DNA of 64,000 nt from Candidatus Latescibacterota bacterium (lineage in GTDB: Bacteria > Latescibacterota > UBA2968 > UBA8231): positions 1,760,001 to 1,824,000 of the forward strand of contig CBDFJF010000002.1 of NCBI GenBank assembly GCA_965248265.1, in the 5' to 3' direction. A program made the position numbers and the translations under genes. Shown here piece by piece: positions 21,276 to 30,992 of the stretch. The notes beneath the pieces were generated by a model. The model saw only the letters and a list, made by a program, of their open reading frames with translations. It was not told the origin of the DNA and made no database searches. The stretch's first letter is position 1. Each line of letters starts with the position of its first letter.

Positions 21276-21810
21276 GATCAGGGTGCCGATGATCGTCCGC
21301 CTGCCCGACGGGGTCGGCTCCGGGACCACCCGCAACGGCTTCGTGGAGACGATCGATATCCACGGCACCATTCTGGATGCGGCCGGCTGCGAGCCGATAC
21401 CGGGCGCTGATGCGCTCTCCGTGTTGCCCTTGGTGCGGGGAAGCGACGATGACCGGTTGCGGTCAGACGTGCTCGCCGAGGTGCATGCCCACTACATGCT
21501 GCGAACGCAACGCTGGAAGATCGTCATCGGCCGCGACGGCCAGACCATGGCGCTGTTCGACCTGGAGAAGGATCCACTCGAGCAATTTAATTACTGCGGC
21601 CACCCTGATTACGGACAGGCCGAAATTGAGATGCGCAGCAGGCTGTTGGGCCGGCCTGACCGCCGGTACCTACCGGCCGAGGAATGTCGACCCCGAACTG
21701 AGTGCCCATGGCCACGCCGGACCGGCTGCGGGCAACCTCTGGACGGGATGAGGGAGGATCGGTCGATGAGGCTGATTTACGCTGCAACGGCGGCGCTCCA
21801 ATGGTCCTTC
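21276..21810 (+). pseudogene. Duplicated sulfatase 3' fragment (direct repeat, copy 2)
   Basis: Matches 14276-14808 with mostly synonymous changes and a 1-nt insertion near 21656. Confidence 0.95.
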
Positions 21811-21938
21811 GCTCTGCTCGTCGACGCAGCAATAGTAGGTTTTCCGCAACACCCGTCATAGCTTGAGTGCTCATCCAGCTATTTTCATCGAAGTCAATCA
21901 CGCGTGCTTGTGGCAAAACTATCCGTTGTGGATCGCAA

Positions 21939-22538
21939 ATGGGATTAGCACCCTGGTTTTTTGGGCTTGCGGGATTCATAGTCGTCACTGACGGTTCGGC
22001 GCTCGCTGAGGAGTCAGCCAGCGACTCGGTCGCTGGTGCCGGCGCGCACGAAACGACGAATGTCGAGGTTGAAGGCACACTCGGCGATGACTGGTTTGAG
22101 AGCGTGTGGCGGGACGTCGATGACATGGTCCGCCAGGAGTCCCTCGAGTTGCAAGAGACCGTCACTGCAGCTGGGGTCCGTGGGGACGAAGCCGAGGGCG
22201 ACCTGCTCGATCAACTTCACTACGTAGACGAAGTTCCCAGACCCACAGAGCAGGTTCTCAACCAGGTTATACATGCGCTGAAGAAAGCGCTCGTTGGCGC
22301 AGAGCGTCTCGAATTAGGACAGGATTCTGTGGCGGTAATAACGCCGACTCTGGCGGCTCTGGCGCAAAGGCAGTTGTACATCGCGCGCTGTTACGAAGAG
22401 CTAGGCGAGAGGGATAGTGCGCGGGTCTACTACTCCACAGTCGCTTCACGTGAGGCTGCTTTGGTGATCGCCGCCGAAGCGACGGCCGGCCTTGAGCGGC
22501 TTGCGAGCCAGTCATCTGCGCCAGACTCCACCCAGTAG
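21939..22538 (+). CDS. Putative exported protein with a TPR-like C-terminus (start uncertain)
   Basis: Hydrophobic N-terminus, TAAGVRGDEAE, YIARCYEELGERDSARVYY. Confidence 0.55.
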   Translation: MGLAPWFFGLAGFIVVTDGSALAEESASDSVAGAGAHETTNVEVEGTLGDDWFESVWRDVDDMVRQESLELQETVTAAGVRGDEAEGDLLDQLHYVDEVPRPTEQVLNQVIHALKKALVGAERLELGQDSVAVITPTLAALAQRQLYIARCYEELGERDSARVYYSTVASREAALVIAAEATAGLERLASQSSAPDSTQ

Positions 22539-22593
22539 GAAGCTCACTGATACACGCCAACCGAATGAACGCGCACCAGGGGATATCGACCGC

Positions 22594-23922
22594 ATGAGAA
22601 CACGTTTCGGTTTTCGCATAGCAGTGCTGATTGTCGCCGTCCTCCCCCTACTCGCCATCGCGGATGAAGGACAGATAATCACGGGTGGTGGAGAGGGGAG
22701 CCTGGGCGCGGACGTGGACGGCGACGGGGAAATGGATGGAGCCTACTTCGGGATCGGGGCCACGCTCCAGGACGAAGGGGCCAGCGGTCACCTGGTATAT
22801 GGCATGTGGGGCAACACCGACGTGGAGGGATTACCGGTGTTCGGTCTCGAAGGCCAGATCACCGGCGCCGATAGGCCCCCGGGTAGCGACAGCGTCCTCC
22901 TCACAGGTTCGGGCACCGTGGACCTGGGTGAGGGCGTGACGGACTCCATGCGGGAGCTCCCCTTCGAGGCGTTCGTCACTCCGGGGCGAGCAGATCAGGG
23001 AAGTCTTCAAGTCACCATCATCGGTGCGCTGGACGGCGCCCTCGGGGACACGGTCCCCGACAACGGCAACTATGAGATGCCGGCGCAGGCGATCGCCAGC
23101 GGGCAGATCACGCTTCAACCGGCCCTGGAAGTTGAGACCGTCGATCGCGACGGCTCGCACGTCATCGCTGGGGGCGGTCTGACCACCTTTGGCACAGACC
23201 TGGACGACGACGGCGATGTAGACGGGGCCTATTTCGGGCTGGGGTTGGATTTGCAGGGCGGCGAGGTTGAAGGGCACTTCGTCTGCGCCATGTGGGGGGA
23301 CACCGAGTACTGGGGCTTGCCGCTGATGGCCATTGAGGGTGTCGTCGACAGCATCTCGATCGGCTCTGACACAGGCAACGTCTTCAGATTCAGTGGCGTC
23401 GGTACCGTCGATCTGGGCAGCGATGAGGGATTCTTCACCGGTGTGCCATTCCACGTGAACGCGAAGGCTGGAGGCCCCGAGGATGGAGAGTTGCAGTTGA
23501 CCATCGTCGGCGTTCTCGACGGCGTCCCCGGCGATACGGTGACCGGGAACAACGCATGCGATCTACCACTCGAGACCATCTCCAGTGGCCTGATCGCATT
23601 CCAGGCGGCTCCGCAGATGACGGCCGTCCTCGAAGAGCCGGGCATCAGCACGCCCAAGCGCTTTGTCCTGGAGGAGAACGTGCCCAATCCCTTCAACCCG
23701 TCGACGACCATCCGCTTTTCTCTGCCGCATCGCGGTCGGGTAGTACTGAGGGTCCTGAACGGCGACGGCCAGGAAATTGACACGCTGGTCGATGAGGAAC
23801 TCGCACCGGGGACCTACAGGACAGAGTGGATTCCTGGTGAGGCAGCGGCGAGTGGGGTGTACTACTACCGGCTTCGAACCGAGCGCGCGGTGGAGACGAA
23901 GAAAATGCTGTTTTTGAAGTGA
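22594..23922 (+). CDS. Secreted protein with two ~155-aa internal repeats + T9SS type A-like C-terminal domain
   Basis: Repeats G[AT]DxDxDGxxDGAYFG...MWGxT...GTVDLG; ENVPNPFNP...SGVYYYRL...KKMLFLK. Confidence 0.85.
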   Translation: MRTRFGFRIAVLIVAVLPLLAIADEGQIITGGGEGSLGADVDGDGEMDGAYFGIGATLQDEGASGHLVYGMWGNTDVEGLPVFGLEGQITGADRPPGSDSVLLTGSGTVDLGEGVTDSMRELPFEAFVTPGRADQGSLQVTIIGALDGALGDTVPDNGNYEMPAQAIASGQITLQPALEVETVDRDGSHVIAGGGLTTFGTDLDDDGDVDGAYFGLGLDLQGGEVEGHFVCAMWGDTEYWGLPLMAIEGVVDSISIGSDTGNVFRFSGVGTVDLGSDEGFFTGVPFHVNAKAGGPEDGELQLTIVGVLDGVPGDTVTGNNACDLPLETISSGLIAFQAAPQMTAVLEEPGISTPKRFVLEENVPNPFNPSTTIRFSLPHRGRVVLRVLNGDGQEIDTLVDEELAPGTYRTEWIPGEAAASGVYYYRLRTERAVETKKMLFLK

Positions 23923-24005
23923 CTGCAACGGCGGCGTTCGAGCAATGATAGGCTGCCCAGCGTATTCCGCACGACCCGACGATCACATCCTGAGGGAGGC
24001 TTCTG

Positions 24006-24959
24006 ATGTCCATAGCAATGTTCGTGATGAGTGCCATCGCACTCGCCTTGTTGAGCCGTGTTGAGGCGCAGTCGATGGGCAAGATCCTTTTTGAATCAAA
24101 TCGCGGGGGCTTTTTCCAGGTCTTCGCGATGGGCTCGGACGGCAGCGATCCGATCAGTCTGACCGACCATGGCGTTAGCGGGTACGATGGCTTTGCGGCG
24201 TGGTCGAAGAATGGGGATCGGATAGTTTTCTCTTCAACTCGCGATACCGGCGACTTCAACCTGTACGTGATGGATGCGGACGGCAGCAACCCCGTCAATC
24301 TGATCGACCCCTCGTCGAGCGATTGGTATCCGACCTGGTCTCCAGACGGCAGCAAGATCGCATTCGAGTCAGACATGAACGATGGTGACACCGAGATCTA
24401 CGTCACAGATGCGGACGGCAGCAATTTGGTCAACCTCACGAACAGTCCGGGGCCCGATGTGCATCCGGACTGGTCTCCGGACGGCAGCCGCATCGTCTTC
24501 TGCTCGCGACGAGACGGCAATTGGGAGATGTACGTGATGGATGCGGACGGCAGCAATCCAGTCAATATCACCAACGACTCTGTCTCATCCCATCATCAGG
24601 TTTACTCACCGGACGGAACCAAGATCGCGTTCATGACTGACCGTGACGGCGATCAGGAGATCTATGTCATGGATGCCGACGGCAGCAATCCGGTCAATCT
24701 CACAAACAGCCTGGCGACGGACCGGGAGCCCACCTGGTCACCGGACGGCAGTCAGATTGCCTTTCAGACCGATCGGGATGGCAACGGCGAGATCTACGTG
24801 ATGGACGCGGACGGCAGCAATCCCGTCAATTTGACCAACGACCCGGCGGACGACGCTCGGCCTAGTTGGCTGCCCGCAGCTGTCCCGGGAACCGTTGTCG
24901 AGACGACGACGTGGGGCGGCGTCAAGGATGAAGCTCCAGAGTCTCAGAGGAAAGACTGA
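24006..24959 (+). CDS. TolB-like/PD40 beta-propeller protein with a W-G-x-V-K tail
   Basis: Six YVMDADGSNPVNL/WSPDG-type repeats; ends TVVETTTWGGVK... Confidence 0.9.
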   Translation: MSIAMFVMSAIALALLSRVEAQSMGKILFESNRGGFFQVFAMGSDGSDPISLTDHGVSGYDGFAAWSKNGDRIVFSSTRDTGDFNLYVMDADGSNPVNLIDPSSSDWYPTWSPDGSKIAFESDMNDGDTEIYVTDADGSNLVNLTNSPGPDVHPDWSPDGSRIVFCSRRDGNWEMYVMDADGSNPVNITNDSVSSHHQVYSPDGTKIAFMTDRDGDQEIYVMDADGSNPVNLTNSLATDREPTWSPDGSQIAFQTDRDGNGEIYVMDADGSNPVNLTNDPADDARPSWLPAAVPGTVVETTTWGGVKDEAPESQRKD

Positions 24960-25065
24960 GCACCGTTCACCCTACTCGATGCGGGTACTACCCTATGGAC
25001 CCCACGTCACCACGCTCGCTCAACCGGCAGTGGCCTACGCTCTGGAGGCGCCCGGCTCTGGATCG

Positions 25066-28000
25066 ATGACGGGAATCGCCAGACAACCCCCCGTCCGTTT
25101 CCTGTGTTCCGGCAGCGGCGGATTGCGGGCATTTCTCTGTCTGACCCTCCTTGCGTGTGTCGGCAGCACCCAGGCCCAGCAATGGACCACGCTCACCAAG
25201 AAGGATGGTCTGGCGGGTGACGGAGTGCATGCCATCCATCAGTCGTCCGATGGGGCCATGTGGTTTGCGACGGGCGGCGACTTCTCGGCATCTGCCGGCG
25301 TCAATCGCTACGATGGCAGCTGGCAGACGTTTACCACCGCCGACGGTCTCATCAGTGAATTGGTCACTTCCATAGGGCAGGCTTCCGATGGGGCCATGTG
25401 GTTCGGGACTGTCGAAGGAATAAGCCAATACGATGGAACCGTTTGGACGACGTTCACGACAGCCGATGGCCTGGGTTCCAATGCCGTTTGGGCCATGTAT
25501 GAGTCGTCCGACGGGGCCATGTGGTTCGCGACGGGACCTGATTCGGAGGTGTCCGAGGGGGGTGTCAGTCGTTACGATGGCAGCTGGCAGACCTTCACCA
25601 CCGCCGATGGAGTCGCTGGAGGACGGGTGACTTCGATCTACCAGTCGTCCGATGGAGCCATGTGGTTCGGCATGCAGCCCAACCGGGATGCAAGCACGGG
25701 CGGCGTCAGTCGCTACGATGGCAGCTGGCAGACCTTCACCACCGCTGATGGCCTCGCCGGCCAGTACGTCACTTCGATCTACCAGTCGTCCGATGGAGCC
25801 ATGTGGTTCGGCACGAGGGGTGACGGTGTCAGTCGGTACGACGGAACATGGCAGACGTTCACGACAGCCGATGGTCTTGCTGAGAACGACGTTCTGTCTG
25901 TTTTCGAATCTTCGGATGGCGTCATGTGGTTTGGGACACTCACCGGTGGTCTGAGCCGTTACGACGGAACATGGCAGACGTTCACGGTGGACGACAGGCT
26001 GGCAGGCAATCAGGTGAACTCAATTTATCAGTCTTCGGACGGGGCTATGTGGTTCGCATCTCCCGCGGCAACCGACTTCGACGTGCGCGCGATTACGGGT
26101 ACGAGTGGTGGGGTCACTCGCTACGACGGCATCAACTGGCAGACGTTCACTACGGATAACGGACTTGCTGAAGGCCGGGTAGAGTCTGTGAATCAGGCAG
26201 CCGACGGCGCGATGTGGTTCGCAACCAGAGGTGGCGTGAGTCGCTTCGACGGAACCAGTTGGGAAAAACTCACGACGGCCCACGGCCTCACTGGTAACCA
26301 GGTGCTCTCTGTGTATCGCTCGAGGGACGGGGCCCTGTGGTTCACCACAGACAACGGAGTCAGTCGCTTCGACGGGACCTGGCAGAGATTTCGCCAGACC
26401 CCCGACGGTTTGGCCGACAGGGCCATACTATCTGCGCATGAAGCCTCCGACGGCGCCATGTGGTTCGGGACTTTTAGTCGTGGTGTCAGCCGGTATGATG
26501 GAACGGACTGGCAGACTTTCACGACGGTCCATGGCCTTGCATCTGACCGGGTCGAGTCCGTGTATCAGTCCAGGGATGGATCGATGTGGTTCGGAACCTC
26601 TGGCGGTGTCAGCCGATATGATGGAACGGACTGGCAGACCTTCACGACGGCCGATGGCCTGGTTGCAAACGGTGTACTATCCGTGTATGAGTCCGCCGAT
26701 GGAGCGATGTGGTTTGGGACTTTCATCAACGGAGTGAGTCGATACGACGGTGCCAACTGGACCACGTTTACCGGCGTCGATGGTCTGTCCGGGAACAAGG
26801 TGCAAGCGGTCTATCAGTCCGCGGACGGATCGATGTGGTTCGGGACCTCGGGAGGGGTAAGCCGGTATGACGGAAGCCAATGGCAGACGCTCACCATCGA
26901 CGACGGCCTGCCCAGCAACTGGGTGCTTTCAGTGTATGAATCGTCCGACGGGTTGATGTGGTTCGGGACGAATGGCAGCGGGGTCACTTCCTTCCGCAGA
27001 CCGCCGAGAGCGCTCGTACAGACGTTGATCCTGCGATCGCCCGCTCGCCTGCACGGCTCGGACCGGTTCTTTTTCGAGAGTCAAGGGTTTCAAATCGCGT
27101 CCCCGATTCAGCCGCCGATTTCATACACTCTCACCCGCGATACGACAGCGCCGCGGGAATTCGACTGGTCTCCTTTCGAGCTCGCCTCAGGCTTCGAGTT
27201 GACGGGCCTGGAAAACGGCACCTGGACCTATCACGTGCGCGCCAAGGATCGCTATAGCCTCATCGATCCCACCCCGGCAACCGTCACCTTCACCGTCGAT
27301 CTGACTGACCCCACGGTCTTGATCTCCAGCCCCCGAGGAGGAGATGCGATCAGTGGCCAGGTGGTCATACAGGGTTCGGCTTTTGACAATTCCGAGCCAC
27401 CCGATCTCAAGAGCTATGTGCTGGAGTACGCAAAGGGAGAGACGCAGGGACAGGTGAGCGAGGCTGACTGGCTCGCCGACCGCATACAGGTCCAATCGCC
27501 GAAACCTGTGATCAGCGGCATTCTCGGGACATGGGACACGGTCGGACTGCATGGGGCGCATTTGTTGCGTCTGACTGCCGTGGACAGCCTGGCTCACCGA
27601 ACCAAATACGCCGTAGCGGTCCGGATCGTAACCGCAGTCGAGGAGGTGGATCCACGCCAGGGAGGCCATGTCGCGGACGCCGGCAACAGTGCGGACCTCT
27701 ACATTCCCCCCAATGGGATCGATCAGAGTACGCAGGTGACGATTGCCCCTGTGGATGAGACCGGCCTCGTATTGCCGAACGATCCGGATGTGCAGTTCCT
27801 CGGGATGGCATTCGATATCGAGCCAGCTGACCTCGCGCTCGGCAAACCCGCAACCTTCGTGCTGGCCCTCGACGGTATTTCGATCCCGGAAGCCGATCCA
27901 GCTCGTCTCGCACTCTTCACCTATTCGGAGGCAGACGGTGGGTGGGAGCCGCTGGGCGGGACCGTAGACGCCGGCACGAACAAGATCACAGTGGCTCTAA

Positions 28001-28359
28001 CTCAGCTCGGCCGGCTTGCCCTGATGCAGAACTCTTCCGAGGACACGGGGAGCCTCTCCATTGCCGACCTGAACTGCCAGCCGCGCGTGTTCTATCCGAG
28101 AGGTGGTGGTTTCGATCTGCAGACGACCGTCTCCTTCAATCTGGGCACGAGGACAGACGTCACGGTGAAAGTGTACGATGAGGCGGGCCGCTTCAAGCGC
28201 GAAATCGTGGCAGACAAACCCATGAATTCCGGCAGCAACGCAGAGGTTTGGGACGGGAAGGACAACGACGGCAACATCGTCTTGAGTGGCGTGTACATCG
28301 TCACCGTGGAAGCCGGCAGCAAGGTGAAGACTAAGACGGTCGGCGTGTTGAACGAGTGA
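25066..28359 (+). CDS. Secreted protein: 14 Reg_prop-type repeats (two beta-propellers), Ig-like domains, FlgD-like C-terminus
   Basis: 14 G-x-[ML]-W-F...GVSRYDG repeats; WDGKDNDGNIVLSGVYIV; no kinase domain. Confidence 0.88.
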   Translation: MTGIARQPPVRFLCSGSGGLRAFLCLTLLACVGSTQAQQWTTLTKKDGLAGDGVHAIHQSSDGAMWFATGGDFSASAGVNRYDGSWQTFTTADGLISELVTSIGQASDGAMWFGTVEGISQYDGTVWTTFTTADGLGSNAVWAMYESSDGAMWFATGPDSEVSEGGVSRYDGSWQTFTTADGVAGGRVTSIYQSSDGAMWFGMQPNRDASTGGVSRYDGSWQTFTTADGLAGQYVTSIYQSSDGAMWFGTRGDGVSRYDGTWQTFTTADGLAENDVLSVFESSDGVMWFGTLTGGLSRYDGTWQTFTVDDRLAGNQVNSIYQSSDGAMWFASPAATDFDVRAITGTSGGVTRYDGINWQTFTTDNGLAEGRVESVNQAADGAMWFATRGGVSRFDGTSWEKLTTAHGLTGNQVLSVYRSRDGALWFTTDNGVSRFDGTWQRFRQTPDGLADRAILSAHEASDGAMWFGTFSRGVSRYDGTDWQTFTTVHGLASDRVESVYQSRDGSMWFGTSGGVSRYDGTDWQTFTTADGLVANGVLSVYESADGAMWFGTFINGVSRYDGANWTTFTGVDGLSGNKVQAVYQSADGSMWFGTSGGVSRYDGSQWQTLTIDDGLPSNWVLSVYESSDGLMWFGTNGSGVTSFRRPPRALVQTLILRSPARLHGSDRFFFESQGFQIASPIQPPISYTLTRDTTAPREFDWSPFELASGFELTGLENGTWTYHVRAKDRYSLIDPTPATVTFTVDLTDPTVLISSPRGGDAISGQVVIQGSAFDNSEPPDLKSYVLEYAKGETQGQVSEADWLADRIQVQSPKPVISGILGTWDTVGLHGAHLLRLTAVDSLAHRTKYAVAVRIVTAVEEVDPRQGGHVADAGNSADLYIPPNGIDQSTQVTIAPVDETGLVLPNDPDVQFLGMAFDIEPADLALGKPATFVLALDGISIPEADPARLALFTYSEADGGWEPLGGTVDAGTNKITVALTQLGRLALMQNSSEDTGSLSIADLNCQPRVFYPRGGGFDLQTTVSFNLGTRTDVTVKVYDEAGRFKREIVADKPMNSGSNAEVWDGKDNDGNIVLSGVYIVTVEAGSKVKTKTVGVLNE

Positions 28360-30719
28360 TGACGATCGCCAAACATAGGGACACCATCATGATCAGGAAC
28401 AGTAGAAGCTTCCTGGCAGTCGCCCTCGTTTCGATTGCGGCTAGTGCCGTATCCGTGACTGCGCGGCAACCGGAGATCGGCGCCCGTCCCCTCGGCATGG
28501 GGGAGACCTTCCTGGCTGTCGCCGACGACGGCAACGCGCTGCTGTGGAACCCGGCCGGGCTTCCCTCCCTGGGACACCACGAGATCATCGCCAGCCACGC
28601 CGACCTCTTCGGCATCGGTATCGACACGAACAACTTCGGGTACGTCTTCCCCATGAAGGATGACGCCGCCCTCGGGTTCGACTGGAACAACCTGGGATCC
28701 AGCGATTCGGAGTTCGAGTTCAAGAAAGATAGCTTCCGTTTCTCCTACGGTCACAGGGTACGGCAGGGGTTGTCGTTGGGTTTGGGCGTGCGGTATCTCA
28801 CCACCGACATGATTCTGGACAACCAGTCACTGGGCAACGGATCGGGATGGGGACTCGATCTGGCGGCGCTCTACGCCCTCAACGACCAACTGAACCTGGC
28901 CGTGGCCGCCAGAGACGTGATGGACACGAAGGCGCGGTACAAAGGCCGGGGTACCGATACCATCGCCGAGCGCCAGCTCCGCGCCGGGTTGGCCTACCGG
29001 CCGTCGCCCGAGCTGACCGTGGCCTCGGATGTGGACGACCAGTTCCATCTTGGAGCGGAGTACTGGCACGAGAACATCCTGGCGTTACGCGCGGGAGTGC
29101 AGAAGGACCTGACGGAGACCTCGGAGCCACTGACCTACGCGGCGGGGTTGGGATTGCGCTACAACCTGTTTCGTTTCGACTACGCCTACGTCGCCCCGCC
29201 AACCCTCCCCGCGAGCAGCCGCTTCTCCGTTTCTCTCTTTTTCAATTTGTATCCCTCTCAGGTGCGCATTGCGGAGACGGAATTCAACAACGTTTTTCCG
29301 GCCTTTCACAAGCACTATGCCACAGCTGCCGTCGGCAAGGTGAAACTACACAATCGGGGCGACAAACCTCTCAAGACGACTTTGAGTTTTTACATCCCCG
29401 AACTGATGGCCGTTCCCACAGATCAGCAGGTAATCGTCCGTCCGAAGGAGACGAAGCAGGTCGAAGTGACCGGCGTGTTCTCCAACAGTGTCACCGAGTT
29501 GACCGAGGACATCCTCACACAGGCACAGATCGAGGTCTCCTACACCGCTGAACAAAGAACCCGGTCAGACAAGAAATCTGCCGGGCTTTTCGTGTACAAC
29601 CGCAACGCCATGGTCTGGGACGACCTGAAAAGAGCGGCGGCCTTCGTTACCTCGACCGATCCGAGCATCGCCGAGTTCGCTCGCTCGACTATCCTGGGAC
29701 ACGAAGAGGAGGTCAAACAGTTGGGACGGGGCAGTCGCAACATGCTACGCGCCCTTGTGTTGTTCGAGGCGGTGAAGGAGCACGGTGTGCGTTACATCGC
29801 CGATCCGAACAACCCCTACTCCAGGATGTCAGCGGACAAGTCTGCCGTGGACAATATCCAGTACCCCGCCGAGGTGCTGAGAAGAAAATCGGGGGACTGC
29901 GATGATCTCACCGCCCTCTACTGTGCTCTGCTGGAGAACGTCGGCATTCCCACTGCACTGGTAGATGCGCCCGGTCACATCTTTATGATGTTCGACAGCG
30001 GTGTTCCGGTTGATCGGGGTCATGCGCTGCCGATGGAGGAAAATATGTACGTGGCGAGGCACGGACATCTGTGGATCCCCGTGGAGATCACCCTGTTCGG
30101 TGACTCGTTCGTCGAGGCCTGGAAGTCCGGTGCCGGGGAGTGCACGCGCCTCGAGCAGGCGGATCGATTGATGGCAGTCGATACGGCCGAAGCGTGGGCG
30201 GTCTATGAACCGTCGCCGCCGAAGTTCGAGGACGAGATCCGTCCACCGGACAAGGAACACCTGACGGACAGCTTTTCAGCGGGCCTGGTGAAGGTCAGAG
30301 ACATGATGCAGTCCTTCATCGACCGTGTCTACGTCAGGCCACTGCAAGAGAGCCCGGAAGATCTGGATCGCATGTTCGATCTCGCCCAGGTGTACGTCTT
30401 TATCCGGCAGTTCGACGAGGCGATTGCGCAATATCGGCGCCTTGAGGATCTGGAGGCGGAGCCTGGCAGGCTGTACAACAACTGGGGGATCGCCTATTTC
30501 GTGAAGGGCGAAGTGGAAAACGCCGCCCTGAGCTTCAAGAAGGCTCTAGACATAGACCCGAACGACAGAGGTACCCGAGCCAATTTCGATCTGGCGATGT
30601 CCGAACTTGGGGAGCAAGAGAGAGTAGCTTTCGCGCAGGAGTTGGGCGTATCTGTGTCCGGGGAGACGAAGGCCGCCGAGTTCGAGATCGATGAAGAGAG
30701 CTTTTACTGGAAAGATTAA
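28356..30719 (+). CDS. PorV/PorQ-like beta-barrel fused to a transglutaminase-like domain and TPRs (start may be 28389)
   Basis: GARPLGMGETFLAVADDGNALLWNPAGL; GDCDD...GHIF...WIPVE; C-terminal TPRs. Confidence 0.85.
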   Translation: MMTIAKHRDTIMIRNSRSFLAVALVSIAASAVSVTARQPEIGARPLGMGETFLAVADDGNALLWNPAGLPSLGHHEIIASHADLFGIGIDTNNFGYVFPMKDDAALGFDWNNLGSSDSEFEFKKDSFRFSYGHRVRQGLSLGLGVRYLTTDMILDNQSLGNGSGWGLDLAALYALNDQLNLAVAARDVMDTKARYKGRGTDTIAERQLRAGLAYRPSPELTVASDVDDQFHLGAEYWHENILALRAGVQKDLTETSEPLTYAAGLGLRYNLFRFDYAYVAPPTLPASSRFSVSLFFNLYPSQVRIAETEFNNVFPAFHKHYATAAVGKVKLHNRGDKPLKTTLSFYIPELMAVPTDQQVIVRPKETKQVEVTGVFSNSVTELTEDILTQAQIEVSYTAEQRTRSDKKSAGLFVYNRNAMVWDDLKRAAAFVTSTDPSIAEFARSTILGHEEEVKQLGRGSRNMLRALVLFEAVKEHGVRYIADPNNPYSRMSADKSAVDNIQYPAEVLRRKSGDCDDLTALYCALLENVGIPTALVDAPGHIFMMFDSGVPVDRGHALPMEENMYVARHGHLWIPVEITLFGDSFVEAWKSGAGECTRLEQADRLMAVDTAEAWAVYEPSPPKFEDEIRPPDKEHLTDSFSAGLVKVRDMMQSFIDRVYVRPLQESPEDLDRMFDLAQVYVFIRQFDEAIAQYRRLEDLEAEPGRLYNNWGIAYFVKGEVENAALSFKKALDIDPNDRGTRANFDLAMSELGEQERVAFAQELGVSVSGETKAAEFEIDEESFYWKD

Positions 30720-30992
30720 CGGCGACAGGCCAGAGCCCGGATTCTTCGTCCATACGGCTCCCCGGATCGACGCCCGCAACCCCGCCGCTACGTCGCCCGC
30801 CCACCACCGCTGGCTGGCAGACGTTCTCCGACAACGAGCTCGAATTCGCTGACTGAGCTCGCCTCACCGGCAGACGGGATCGCTGCGTCCGAATCGCCCT
30901 TTCGTATTTTGAGGCATGGAATATTTCCATATACGTGATGAACAGATCGATGCTATCCTGGTCGACAACCCGGCGCGACTTTTCGCGTTTGC

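Noticed and set aside
14276-21810. Sulfatase repeat pair as a DGR template/variable repeat
   Set aside because: Several differences involve A, but G>A, T>C and C>T changes and indels also occur, and most are synonymous. The only RT trace is a group II intron tail.
24100-27000. Regularly spaced DNA repeats resembling a CRISPR array
   Set aside because: They are in-frame coding repeats of beta-propeller blades, and no cas genes are present.
25066-28359. Hybrid two-component sensor
   Set aside because: It has sensor-type propellers but no TM helix, kinase or receiver domain, and ends in FlgD.
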